Shown here: positions 47,510 to 57,187 of the stretch, piece by piece
How positions within the stretch are numbered: the first letter of the stretch is position 1
How the letters are laid out: each line of letters starts with the position of its first letter
Origin: Candidatus Poribacteria bacterium
Lineage (GTDB): Bacteria; Poribacteria; WGA-4E; WGA-3G
DNA length: 64,000 bases
NCBI GenBank assembly: GCA_022825825.1
Contig: JAJDWA010000040.1
Coordinates: forward strand, 10,488-74,487
Reading direction: 5' to 3'
The notes under the pieces: model-generated
What the model was told of the DNA's origin: nothing
Database searches by the model: none
The model's input: the letters and a program-made list of their open reading frames with translations, nothing else
Position numbers and translations under genes: made by a program

Positions 47510-47538
47510 TTGACACGGACATCCAAATTTGCTAAAAT
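47510..47538 (+). promoter_or_regulatory. Near-consensus sigma70-type promoter upstream of the SOD gene
   Basis: TTGACA (47510-47515), a 17-nt spacer, then TAAAAT (47533-47538). AAGGAGA RBS at 47559-47565 and ATG at 47570. Confidence 0.5.
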
Positions 47539-47569
47539 ACTATTTAAAATAGCATGACAAGGAGAACTC

Positions 47570-48295
47570 ATGAACCGTAGAAACTTTTTAATTACTGGCA
47601 GCACCGCATTAGCGGGTATCTTTCTGGCTACCAATCCACTGCGTATCTATGCAGATCACCATGAACACGGTGACCATACCCATGGTTACGAACTTCCGAA
47701 GCTGCGTTATGCTTATGATGCGCTTGAACCCCATATTGATAAGCGTACAATGGAAATCCATTACGGCAAACATCACCAAGGTTATGTCAATAAACTTAAT
47801 GCAGCAGTGGGCGATGACCATGCCTTAGTAGACCACTCAATTGAGGATTTGCTTCGAAATATAGAAAAAGTGCCAAGGAAAATCCGCCAGGCTGTTATTA
47901 ACAGTGGTGGTGGACACGCCAATCATACGCTTTTCTGGAGCACGATGATTCCCAGTGGCAGAGAGCTTAAAGGTAAAGTTGCCGAAGCAATGCAATCTTC
48001 CTTCGGTTCGCTTGATGCTGCCAAAGAGAAATTCGCCAGTACAGCAAAAACACATTTCGGATCAGGATGGGCGTGGCTTGTTGTTGATGAGAAGAAAAAA
48101 TTACAAATTTATGCCACTAAGAATCAGGATAGTCCACTCATGCAGGGACATACACCTATTCTCGGACTTGATGTGTGGGAACACGCGTACTATCTGAAAT
48201 ATCAGAACCGACGGGGCGATTATATTGACGCATGGAGCAATATTGTCAATTGGACACAGGTTAACCTTAACTACGTCACAGCAACAAAAGCGTAG
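47570..48295 (+). CDS. Fe/Mn superoxide dismutase with Tat-type signal peptide and His-rich linker
   Basis: 241 aa. [16 protein letters not shown].. (twin-arginine motif), [12 protein letters not shown] linker, then canonical ..[10 protein letters not shown].. and ..DVWEHAYYL.. metal-ligand motifs. Confidence 0.9.
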   Translation: MNRRNFLITGSTALAGIFLATNPLRIYADHHEHGDHTHGYELPKLRYAYDALEPHIDKRTMEIHYGKHHQGYVNKLNAAVGDDHALVDHSIEDLLRNIEKVPRKIRQAVINSGGGHANHTLFWSTMIPSGRELKGKVAEAMQSSFGSLDAAKEKFASTAKTHFGSGWAWLVVDEKKKLQIYATKNQDSPLMQGHTPILGLDVWEHAYYLKYQNRRGDYIDAWSNIVNWTQVNLNYVTATKA

Positions 48296-48299
48296 AGGA

Positions 48300-49439
48300 A
48301 TGTTTATGGATCGCAGAGATTTTTTACGGCGCAGTGGCTTAACGCTAACGGGATTATTGCTTAGTCCTTGGGCAGTTCATGCCTTCCCCAGTCGTGAAGG
48401 TGAAGTGCTTATCCCGTTTGTCGATCAGTCAAAACCGCCTTCGGATCGCGTTTTATTGGATTGGAGTGAATTTGATTCGTTCATTACACCGAACGACAAA
48501 TTTTTCAACGTTTCCCATTACGGCATACCTAAATTTGACCTCGCGGCCTGGAAACTGGAGATCAGTGGATTGGTTGAAAAACCGTTGATGCTCACGCTTG
48601 AAGATATTAAGACACGACCAAAGCAGGATGTAACCTTTACATTGGAATGCTCTGGCAACCACGGATTTCCTACGTTTACCGGTGCAATTGGTAACGCGAG
48701 ATGGGGAGGTACACCCCTTGCTCCGATTCTCAAAGAGGCTGGTATCAAAGCGGACGGTATTGAAGTGATTTTCTTTGGACATGACACTGGTGAGGAGAAG
48801 CGGCGGGGTGTTACCATGCGTCAGAACTTTGCACGGAGTATGTCTGTTGAAGATGCCCTACAAGATACTAATCTACTCTGTTATGAAATGAATGGGGAAC
48901 CGTTACCACACCCAAACGGTGCACCGCTTCGTCTGATTGCCCCGGGTTGGTACGGCATCGCATGTGTAAAATGGCTCAAACGAATTGAGGTGCGGGATAC
49001 CCGGTTTATGGGGAGATTCATGGGGCGTGATTATGTCACGATACGCGAGGAAAAACGTCCTGATGATGAAACTGTGTGGATGGAGACATCAGTCGGCAGA
49101 ACACAGTTGAAATCATTAGCAGCGAAGGTGACACGCAGCGGTGATCAATACCGTATTTATGGCGCAGCATGGGGGGCACCTATCAAAAAGATTGAAGTCC
49201 GTATTGATGGTGGACCTTGGCAAGAAGCTACAATAGACCCTGAAGAAGACGCTGAATTTGCATGGAAAATTTGGCATCTCGATTGGAACAACCCTTCAAA
49301 AGGTGAACATACCATCGTTTCCAGAGCTATAGACACAAAAGGGAATATCCAACCCGCAGCGGATTCTGACTACATAAAGGGAAAACACACCTATTGGGAA
49401 AGTAACGGTCAGGTTATCCGCAAGATTAACATTGAATAG
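48300..49439 (+). CDS. Sulfite-oxidase-family molybdopterin oxidoreductase, Tat-exported
   Basis: The ORF track starts at 48225 inside the SOD gene. ATG at 48300 (MFMDRRDFLRRSGL..VHA) follows AGAGGA. Mo-ligand Cys context ..TLECSGN.. The C-terminal Ig-like dimerisation region reads ..IEVRIDGGPWQEA.. Confidence 0.85.
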   Translation: MFMDRRDFLRRSGLTLTGLLLSPWAVHAFPSREGEVLIPFVDQSKPPSDRVLLDWSEFDSFITPNDKFFNVSHYGIPKFDLAAWKLEISGLVEKPLMLTLEDIKTRPKQDVTFTLECSGNHGFPTFTGAIGNARWGGTPLAPILKEAGIKADGIEVIFFGHDTGEEKRRGVTMRQNFARSMSVEDALQDTNLLCYEMNGEPLPHPNGAPLRLIAPGWYGIACVKWLKRIEVRDTRFMGRFMGRDYVTIREEKRPDDETVWMETSVGRTQLKSLAAKVTRSGDQYRIYGAAWGAPIKKIEVRIDGGPWQEATIDPEEDAEFAWKIWHLDWNNPSKGEHTIVSRAIDTKGNIQPAADSDYIKGKHTYWESNGQVIRKINIE

Positions 49440-49449
49440 GAGAGTCAAT

Positions 49450-50223
49450 TTGATCAACATAACCGATGAACAGAAACAGCAGTATCAAGAGGAGGGCTAT
49501 TTCATCTTGGAGCGTGTTATTCCTGAACCGTTTCTTGAGCTGCTTCGTGGTGAATGTGGAACATTTATTAGTCAAATGGATGCGCGAATGGAGCAGGAAA
49601 ACACTGATGTACTGGGTCTTAATCATCGTAACAAACGCTACTTTGTTTCTAACTGCTTCAGGAAACAGCCGAAACTTCGGGAATTTCTGTTCAGTGATTT
49701 GATGGCGGATGTCTGCCGTGCTACTTTAGGTGAAACAGCGTATCTTTTTTGGGAACAGTATGTTGTCAAAGGGGCAGAAGCTGGCATGAAGTTCAGTTGG
49801 CATCAGGATTCTGGTTACGTTGGATATCCTGATCACAAACCATACCTGACTTGTTGGTGTGCGCTTGACGATATGTCGGAGGAAAACGGCACGGTATACG
49901 TTATGCCTTTTTCGCATATCGGTGTCCGTTCGTGGGTGAAGCATATCCGTGAAGAAGGTAGTAACGATCTTGTAGGTTATTTTGGACCGGAAAAGGGTGT
50001 GCCTGCTATTGTGCCTGCGGGAAGCATTGTGGCGTTCACAAGCATTAATTTCCACAGTAGTGGCACAAATACTACCGATACAATGCGGCGTGCTTACCTT
50101 GCGCAGTATTCAGCAGAGCCGCTTCTTTCACACGATGGCAGTCGTTTGTGGGGCAATGCGGAACCGTTGCTGCGGGATGGGAAGTCTGCTGTAGGTGAAC
50201 TACCCCCTAAGATTTCACAGTGA
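49450..50223 (+). CDS. Phytanoyl-CoA dioxygenase (PhyH) family Fe(II)/2OG oxygenase
   Basis: The ORF track gives 49432 (TTG). The TTG at 49450 is better placed behind AGGAGA. Canonical ..FSWHQDSGY.. (HxD), ..ENGTVYVMPFSH.. and distal ..NFHSSGTN.. Confidence 0.75.
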   Translation: MINITDEQKQQYQEEGYFILERVIPEPFLELLRGECGTFISQMDARMEQENTDVLGLNHRNKRYFVSNCFRKQPKLREFLFSDLMADVCRATLGETAYLFWEQYVVKGAEAGMKFSWHQDSGYVGYPDHKPYLTCWCALDDMSEENGTVYVMPFSHIGVRSWVKHIREEGSNDLVGYFGPEKGVPAIVPAGSIVAFTSINFHSSGTNTTDTMRRAYLAQYSAEPLLSHDGSRLWGNAEPLLRDGKSAVGELPPKISQ

Positions 50224-50662
50224 TTTAACTGAATTCTGCAATAGACATTATATGAGTTTAATCGAAATGTCTTTCATAACACCGAGGTCTGAAGTTTAAA
50301 CGAAAGTTATGTAATCCACAACAGATTTTCATGATTAAATCACTGAAACCTTGTTCCAATTGCGCGATGCGTCTTAGACCGTATGTGGGTTCTGCCTTTT
50401 GGACCTATCCACTTCACCAGTTTTCGTTGTGTTAAGGAGGTAAGTCCTTAAACCTTCCTTTTTGCTTCCTACATAGGCGGTCCAAAAATGCTTGATGGAA
50501 ACACTACTCAAGATGTTAGTCCCAGCAAGAATAGCTTGTTTGATGAGAATCTCAAAATTGTTGGTGTTGATTTGATGTTGCAGCGCTCTTTAAAATTAGG
50601 TTGATTTATATTATACTTCAGATTATTATAATATAAAGTATAATAATTGCAGGTTGTGAAAA

Positions 50663-52087
50663 ATGTTTATTAACAGAGAACAAGAAATAAATGCTTTAGA
50701 GCAGATGTATCGTACACGAAATGCAGAATTTTTTGTGTTATACGGTAGGCGTCGAGTAGGAAAGACAGAGCTTTTATTACAGTTTTGTGAAGACAAGCGG
50801 AGCATCTATTTTCTTGCAAGTCAGTTGAAAGAACGTGATCACCTGCGTCAATTGATTGAAATAGCACAGCATGTCCTTGATGATCCATTGCTACAAAACA
50901 TAACATTTAATGATTGGGAATCCGCACTGATCTATTTCGCTCAAAAATCTCAGGAAGAACGGCTCATCCTGGTACTTGATGAATTTCAATATCTTTGTGA
51001 AGACAACGCAGCATTGCCTTCTCTTATACAACGTTTTTGGGATTTACATGGTAAAAATAGCAATCTTTTCCTGATTTTATGTGGGTCACAAGTAAGTTTT
51101 ATGGAACGAGAAGTATTGGCAGAACGTTCTCCCTTGTATGGCAGACGAACGGGACAATTACAGTTGATGCCGTTATCTTATCGGGATAGCGGAAGTTTTT
51201 TTTTTGAATATTCCTCTAAAGAGAAGCTAATTATTTATAGTATCCTTGGTGGTATTCCAGCATATCTGAATCGATTTGCACAACATTCAGAGGTAACATC
51301 TAAAAGAACAATAGAACAACACATTAAAGAGGAGTTACTTACGCCTCAAGGTTATCTATTTGACGAAGTCAACTTTCTGTTGCGCATGGAACTCAGAGAC
51401 CCAAGAACGTACGCAAGTTTATTACAAGCAATCGCTGGTGGCGCAACGCGATTAAACGAGATTTCACAACGAGTCGGGCTTGAAACTACAAACGCTAACA
51501 AATATCTGAGTGTGCTCCGAGAATTAGGGTTAATCAAACGCGAAACACCACTGACTGAGCGTGCACCGCAGAAAAGCCGAAAAGGCATCTATAAAATCTC
51601 GGATAATTACCTTAATTTTTGGTTTCGGTTTGTTCTACCTAACAGAAGCCTTATTGAATCTGGAAACGCAGATTTGGTATATCAACAAATGATCGCTCCC
51701 CACCTTTCTGATTATATGGGATCAATTTTTGAAGATGTTTGCCGACAATACATAAGGTTCTATTGGGAAGAAAAACTAAAAGTCGCTCCCAAACAAATTG
51801 GAGCACATTGGGAATCAAACCTTGAAATTGATATATTGACAGAAAACATTGATGAAAGCCACTGGTTTGGTGAGTGCAAATGGTGGGAAGCACCTATTGG
51901 AGAAAATGTGCTCAACCGTCTCATCGCAAAGGCTGCGAGAGTCCCTGATAAATGGAAGCAGAATCCAAGATATGTGCTGTTTTCCGCCAGTGGTTATACA
52001 GATGCACTCAAACGGAGGGCATCAAAAGAAGATGTTATACTCATAGAACTAAATGATCTATTTAACGAAACATCTTTAGCGAAATAG
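50663..52087 (+). CDS. AAA-type ATPase with DUF234-like C-terminal domain (archaeal-ATPase family)
   Basis: 474 aa. FINREQE...L, Walker A YGRRRVGKTELL, Walker B LVLDEFQY, winged-helix-like ..LLQAIAGGATRLNEISQRVGL... Confidence 0.75.
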   Translation: MFINREQEINALEQMYRTRNAEFFVLYGRRRVGKTELLLQFCEDKRSIYFLASQLKERDHLRQLIEIAQHVLDDPLLQNITFNDWESALIYFAQKSQEERLILVLDEFQYLCEDNAALPSLIQRFWDLHGKNSNLFLILCGSQVSFMEREVLAERSPLYGRRTGQLQLMPLSYRDSGSFFFEYSSKEKLIIYSILGGIPAYLNRFAQHSEVTSKRTIEQHIKEELLTPQGYLFDEVNFLLRMELRDPRTYASLLQAIAGGATRLNEISQRVGLETTNANKYLSVLRELGLIKRETPLTERAPQKSRKGIYKISDNYLNFWFRFVLPNRSLIESGNADLVYQQMIAPHLSDYMGSIFEDVCRQYIRFYWEEKLKVAPKQIGAHWESNLEIDILTENIDESHWFGECKWWEAPIGENVLNRLIAKAARVPDKWKQNPRYVLFSASGYTDALKRRASKEDVILIELNDLFNETSLAK

Positions 52088-52098
52088 GCCAATTCTAT

Positions 52099-53526
52099 TC
52101 AGGAAATGGGTTTATGCGGGTCAATGAAACAGTTATTCTGATCCTTACGGCGTGGTGGTGGTAGTGCATCTGCTTTTGCCCGAAGCCTTGAAAGCGCATC
52201 AGCATAATCTGGATCGTCTATCAGATTGTTTCGTTCATCTGGGTCTTTGGAGAGATCAAAAAGTTGGTCAGGCCACTCCTTATCGTTGTCAAAACGGAAA
52301 TACTTTAAATTACCCTCCTTAACCATCACAGAAGGTCCGTTTTGTGCACGCCACAATTCGCTATAAACAGTATCATCCCACTCATCAATATTCCCTTGAA
52401 TCAACGGCACAAGCGATTTTCCATCAAGTTCATCAGGCGCGGGAATTTCTGCTAACTCACATAGTGTTGGAAAGAGATCAACTAAAGATACATTCTGTTC
52501 AACAATCTTTGGTTCTTTGCCAAACTTCTTTGGTGACCAGATTGAAAGCGGTACACGAGCGGACGCTTCAAAATAACTCTGTTTTTCCCACAATCCTTTT
52601 GTACCAAGCATCTCACCGTGGTCGGAGAGAAATACGATGATAAAATCGTCAAGCACATTCAGATGTTCCAATTTCTCAATCACTCTACCAAACTGTGCGT
52701 CCATCCACTCAATCATTCCATAATAAGCAGCTGTAGCGCGGTGTGCCTGACGGTAGGTTACATCTTTACCTACCTGAACTCTGAAAAAGTTGTCGTATCC
52801 AAACTTCTCATTTGGTTCTTCAACAATCGGTTGGACGCGCTGCATGTAGTAGTTGAACAGGTCAAGCGGACACTGATACGGATAATGTGGTGCTATAAGG
52901 CTTACCGCCATACACAGAGGATTTGCTCTGGGACGATCATAAGAGGCATTGACAAAATATTCCTCAAGAAATAGTAACGCACCGTCAACATTGTATTGAT
53001 CATGGAGCATCCAGTGTCCTATCCCAGGTTGCGCATCCCGTATCTCTTGTGCGGTCTTATCCCGCTTCATTCCGGTGCCAGGTTCTCGTTCAATCTGGGC
53101 GGTGTGTTCATCCTTTACAGCACGATACGGGTATCCGTTATTGCCAATAATATCGCGCCCAATACGTTCATGCCAACCGTGCATAACATCAGTACCAACA
53201 AAGTGCATCTTGCCTGCACAGCATGAATAATAGCCGTAGTTCCCCAGATGTCCGGGGATGGTTCGAACTTCCGTTGGCATTGGGTCACCAAAATTCAGAC
53301 AACCGCAGTTGCGTGGATAAAGTCCTGACAGGAAACTTTGACGGGCAGGAACACAAACTGGAGATGGCGTATAGGCATTGCGGAAGTAGATGCCCTCATC
53401 CATAAACCGAGAAAGTGTCGGTGTGCGGATAGCTGTGTCCCCTTCTATTGGCAGGACATCGGGGCGGTGTTCATCGTTGATGAGTAATAGAATATGGGGT
53501 TTATTTTGTGGCATGCTACTCTGCAT
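52099..53526 (-). CDS. Sulfatase (formylglycine-dependent)
   Basis: 475 aa. ..ILLLINDEHR.. and the formylglycine motif CVPARQSFLSG (C-x-P-x-R). ..FLSDHGEMLG.. Confidence 0.9.
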   Translation of the reverse strand: MQSSMPQNKPHILLLINDEHRPDVLPIEGDTAIRTPTLSRFMDEGIYFRNAYTPSPVCVPARQSFLSGLYPRNCGCLNFGDPMPTEVRTIPGHLGNYGYYSCCAGKMHFVGTDVMHGWHERIGRDIIGNNGYPYRAVKDEHTAQIEREPGTGMKRDKTAQEIRDAQPGIGHWMLHDQYNVDGALLFLEEYFVNASYDRPRANPLCMAVSLIAPHYPYQCPLDLFNYYMQRVQPIVEEPNEKFGYDNFFRVQVGKDVTYRQAHRATAAYYGMIEWMDAQFGRVIEKLEHLNVLDDFIIVFLSDHGEMLGTKGLWEKQSYFEASARVPLSIWSPKKFGKEPKIVEQNVSLVDLFPTLCELAEIPAPDELDGKSLVPLIQGNIDEWDDTVYSELWRAQNGPSVMVKEGNLKYFRFDNDKEWPDQLFDLSKDPDERNNLIDDPDYADALSRLRAKADALPPPRRKDQNNCFIDPHKPIS

Positions 53527-53553
53527 TACGGCACACGGAGTGTGCTTACTACT

Positions 53554-54312
53554 TTAATAAGGTGACATTAATCCTTCTGCACCGGGTATCGATTTTCGTT
53601 CAAATTCCGGCGTAATCCACCTTTCACCAGGGTCTTTACCCGGTTTATAATATCCATAAACGACTGTCCACCGTGTATCGCTATCCTGTTTTCTCGGAGT
53701 TACGGCATGTGCCGCATGTGTCCACATCAGGACGACCGTTCCCGGTGGTACTGATAACGTCTGAATCTCTAAAGGTTTTCCAGTCTCAGGATGTGTTTTT
53801 CCTGCTAACCACCCTTCTCGTAATGCTTGATCTGTTGCTGCCTGAATTTTGGGATCACGGTAAAGATGGCTTCCAGGAACTGCCTTCAAACCACCATCAT
53901 CCGCTTCAAATCCGTTAACATAGAAGAAGATACGGACATAACCGTAGCGCGGATCGTCTTCAGAATAACTGTGGCTATGCCATCCGATGCCGCCATTACC
54001 CCCAGGGCGATTAAGGCTAACACAGTGATCGTACCGAATATCTTTACCAAGCACTTCGCGCGTAAGTTTAAGCATTTGCGGATGTGGGATAAGACTTTCG
54101 AGGTAACTATCATATTCCGCGGCAAATCTGTTCGGTTCATATCCTTTTGGACCACCAGGGATGAACGATTCAATTCGAGCTAACGATTCAGTCAATCGTT
54201 CCTGAGCATTAACAGTAAGGAGATTGGGAAGCACAAAATGACCATTATGATCTAATTCTTTCCGCTCTTTATCCCCGAAGGTATAATCATGGAAAATCGG
54301 GTTTTGTGACAT
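53554..54312 (-). CDS. PhyH-like dioxygenase superfamily protein with WHSH in place of the usual HxD (tandem paralog 1)
   Basis: ORF 53554..54387; ATG at 54312 (MSQNPIFHDY..). ..GIGWHSHSYSEDD.., ..FFYVNGFEADDGGLKAVPGSHLY.., ..MWTHAAHAV.. Confidence 0.65.
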   Translation of the reverse strand: MSQNPIFHDYTFGDKERKELDHNGHFVLPNLLTVNAQERLTESLARIESFIPGGPKGYEPNRFAAEYDSYLESLIPHPQMLKLTREVLGKDIRYDHCVSLNRPGGNGGIGWHSHSYSEDDPRYGYVRIFFYVNGFEADDGGLKAVPGSHLYRDPKIQAATDQALREGWLAGKTHPETGKPLEIQTLSVPPGTVVLMWTHAAHAVTPRKQDSDTRWTVVYGYYKPGKDPGERWITPEFERKSIPGAEGLMSPY

Positions 54313-54383
54313 AAAACTCCTAAGTTTACACTTTTTCTGCAGACTTATGGCGGATCTTAGAATTAATGAGACACTTTGCACCA

Positions 54384-54408
54384 GCACGGTTAGGAAACCG
54401 TGCCTACC
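54384..54408 (-). repeat. GGTAGG/TTAGGAAAC hairpin (REP-like) between the tandem PhyH paralogs
   Basis: gcacggttaggaaaccgtgcctacc. Confidence 0.75.
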
Positions 54409-54544
54409 GCGGGAGGGCGAAAGTGTGTATTTATTTCTAAGCTTTACTATAAATTACTTGGACACTTTGTCCCGTAAGCTTGAGAAACTACAATTCAAGG
54501 TCGCATACGTGTTTTGTACATTGCACAATTCGTTGTTTACTACC

Positions 54545-55303
54545 TTAATAAAGGGTCATCAACCCTTCTGCTCCGGGGATCTGCTTTTGTTCAAATTCGG
54601 GCGTAATCCAACGGGCGCCAGAAGGCTTTCCGGGATTGCGATAGGCGTAAACGACACACCAACGTGTATCGCTATCCTGTTTCCTCGGAGTTACGGCATG
54701 TGCTGCATGTGTCCACATTAAAATCACTGTTCCCGATGGTACTGATAACGCCTGAATCTCTAACGGTTCACCGGTTTCTGGATGGGTTTTCCCTGTTAAC
54801 CACCCTTCCCTCAGTGCTTCATCTGTTCCACCATGAATTCTTCCATCGCGGTAAAGATGGCTTCCGGGAACTGCCTTCAAACCACCGTCATCTGCCTCAA
54901 ATCCATTGACATAGAAGAAGATGCGGACGAAACCGTAGCGCGGATCATCATCTGAGTATCCGTGGCTATGCCAGCCAATACCGCCATTGCCACCTGGACG
55001 ATTAAGGCTAACACAATGATCATACCGGATATCATCGCCAAGCACTTTACGGGCAAGTGCCAACATCTGTGGGTGTGCAATCACACTTTCAAGATAACGA
55101 TCATATTCGGCAGAAAATCTGTTCGGTTCATGCCCCTCCTTACACCCAGGTATTAACGATTGAATCCGATCCAAAGATTCAGTCAATCGGTGCTGAGCAT
55201 CAGCAGTCAAAAGTCCGGGCAGTACATAATGCCCATCATGATCTAATTCTTTACGCGCTTTATCATCAAAAATGTAATCATGAAAAATTGGATTTTGGGA
55301 CAT
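54545..55303 (-). CDS. PhyH-like dioxygenase superfamily protein with WHSH motif (tandem paralog 2)
   Basis: 252 aa, collinear with and roughly four-fifths identical by eye to 53554..54312. ..GIGWHSHGYSDDD.. Confidence 0.65.
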   Translation of the reverse strand: MSQNPIFHDYIFDDKARKELDHDGHYVLPGLLTADAQHRLTESLDRIQSLIPGCKEGHEPNRFSAEYDRYLESVIAHPQMLALARKVLGDDIRYDHCVSLNRPGGNGGIGWHSHGYSDDDPRYGFVRIFFYVNGFEADDGGLKAVPGSHLYRDGRIHGGTDEALREGWLTGKTHPETGEPLEIQALSVPSGTVILMWTHAAHAVTPRKQDSDTRWCVVYAYRNPGKPSGARWITPEFEQKQIPGAEGLMTLY

Positions 55304-55408
55304 TAAAACTCCTAATATTGTGATTCTGATTATTTCAACTTATATGCTTCAAATATATCATTAATTGCTTGTTCTTACAATTCAAATTCTGGATATACCA
55401 TCACGAAT

Positions 55409-56248
55409 CTATTTTAGTTCCGGTCCTGGTATTCGATTCCATTTGGTAGGTTCAACATCGCCTTCATAGACTGGAGCAAGTTCTGCAATTCGTTCCCAAT
55501 CCGCGTCTGACCAAGCGAAACTTTGCCGGAGTCTACCGATATGTGCCTGCATGCTTGCGGGTAATAGTGCAAAGAATGGATGATACCAAAGTGTTATGAC
55601 AGTGCGGCGTTCATCGGATTGATTGCTGTGTGAAGCATGCAGAAGTCGAGAATCACCGATAACGAGGTCACCAGCATTTACTGATATGTCAACTTCACCT
55701 GGGAAGTGCTGAAATGCCGGATGTTCAACGTTTTCTACCCGCTGTAGTTCTGCCCCATGTGCGTTTGGTAATATATCATGGAGTGGATGCCGTTTGAGAT
55801 GTGATCCTTTAATCACACGAAGGCAGCCGTTATATGGTGTTGTATCAACCAAATAATACATCAGGAACAACTGCTGGGGTAGTGCTGTATAGCTGCACGG
55901 ATCATTCCACCCCCACCAGTCCTGATGCCAAAAGAGCGGTGGACTTTGAGGCGGTTTGCTGATGACGTAGCCTGATGACCATTTTGGTCGTAGGAAACCC
56001 AACGCTTCAAGCGTCTGTAAGACACGAGGATAAACAACCAATTCCGAAAACAGAGAATGTGTATAGACACTGATCATGCTACCGGATGAGCGGTGTGCGG
56101 CGCGTTCATCGTCCGTCTGTGCGTCAAGTAATTCGTCAGTTACTGAACGGAGTTGGGAAAGCATGTCCTCCTTCAAGACATTTTCAATGACACAGTAACC
56201 ATCAGCGATTAATTGATCGTATTTCTTTTTCGGTTTTTCAATTTTCAT
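55409..56248 (-). CDS. Phytanoyl-CoA dioxygenase (PhyH) family Fe(II)/2OG oxygenase
   Basis: 279 aa. ..LFWHQDWWGW.. (HxD), ..YNGCLRVIKGSH.., ..LLHASHSN.. Confidence 0.7.
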   Translation of the reverse strand: MKIEKPKKKYDQLIADGYCVIENVLKEDMLSQLRSVTDELLDAQTDDERAAHRSSGSMISVYTHSLFSELVVYPRVLQTLEALGFLRPKWSSGYVISKPPQSPPLFWHQDWWGWNDPCSYTALPQQLFLMYYLVDTTPYNGCLRVIKGSHLKRHPLHDILPNAHGAELQRVENVEHPAFQHFPGEVDISVNAGDLVIGDSRLLHASHSNQSDERRTVITLWYHPFFALLPASMQAHIGRLRQSFAWSDADWERIAELAPVYEGDVEPTKWNRIPGPELK

Positions 56249-56276
56249 AACGATAACCGCTTGCCTTTTGTTAGTA

Positions 56277-57050
56277 TCACTTTTTAGCCACTAAAGAAAA
56301 CCCATTATCATTCTCTGGCTCGAAATCTTCAATCCTACGTTTCTTATAAAAGTGGAAATCCCGAAACCCTGCTTCTTCAAGACATTTCTTAATTTTATCA
56401 GGTGAAAGATACTTAAGGAAAAAGTCGCACTTGTAATGTTTCTGTGTCTTTAGATCTATTTTAAGCCAGGTATTTCTTGATCCGTTGTCATCTTCGTCAT
56501 ATTCTCCGGTCTGCAGGACAAACACATCTTTCTCTATTTCTGACAAATTAGCCATTGGGAATCGGTTTATTATTTTTGATTGATTTGGATGTTCAAAGTA
56601 AAGCCTACCATTAGGCATCAGTGCTTTGTATATTCGGGTTAAGAGCGACACTAAACCTTGCTTGGATTTATAAAAAAAAGAACCTTCAAAGAAAATAACA
56701 GAAAACCTTTCTTTAAAACTCATTTCATTGTAATCACCTAAAACGAATTCTATCTCTAAATTTTCGCGTTGCGTAATCGTTTTTGCCTCAGAAAGAAAGT
56801 TAGGTGATAAGTCCATACCGATAACATCATAGCCACGTCTTGCAAATGCGCGCGAATAGCTGCCAATTCCGCAGCCTGCCTCTAATATGTTGTCGTTTTT
56901 AGATAGTTGCAGTGCCTTTTCATAGAATGGGATATGTTTTTCTATAAATTCTCCCACCTCGAAATTGTATCTGGCATGTTCAAGATACCATCTATCGTAT
57001 ACCTCATGTCCAAAATCAGTTCTATTAAATTTGCCAGAAGGGGTATTCAT
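56277..57050 (-). CDS. Class I SAM-dependent methyltransferase
   Basis: 257 aa. Motif I ILEAGCGIGSY and post-I acidic YDVIGMDLS. Confidence 0.8.
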   Translation of the reverse strand: MNTPSGKFNRTDFGHEVYDRWYLEHARYNFEVGEFIEKHIPFYEKALQLSKNDNILEAGCGIGSYSRAFARRGYDVIGMDLSPNFLSEAKTITQRENLEIEFVLGDYNEMSFKERFSVIFFEGSFFYKSKQGLVSLLTRIYKALMPNGRLYFEHPNQSKIINRFPMANLSEIEKDVFVLQTGEYDEDDNGSRNTWLKIDLKTQKHYKCDFFLKYLSPDKIKKCLEEAGFRDFHFYKKRRIEDFEPENDNGFSLVAKK

Positions 57051-57187
57051 TTATCATTTTCTCCTAAGAGAGATCGTTTCTTGCTATTCATGAAACCACA
57101 TCCACAAACAAAAGTCAAACGAATTTCAGATTTATAACTTCTTGTGGAAAGCGTAAATCTACAAATCAGCAATTCTGTGTCCCTTTA

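Noticed and set aside
48225-48299. N-terminal extension of the sulfite-oxidase ORF overlapping the SOD gene. Similar 5' extensions occur in track ORFs 12507-12629, 54313-54387, 35192-35287 and 10983-11009.
   Set aside because: Internal ATGs with good RBSs line up with family N-termini or Tat and signal peptides. The upstream extensions overlap neighbouring genes or repeats and encode non-homologous sequence.
50330-50600. Possible transposase/TnpB remnant on the minus strand (..RTYLLNTTKTGEVDRSKRQNPHTV*DASRNWNKV..)
   Set aside because: There is only a vague resemblance to the C-terminal D.N.A.NI box of TnpB-type proteins. The reading frame is interrupted by stops, there is no zinc-finger CxxC, and I cannot support it without a profile search.
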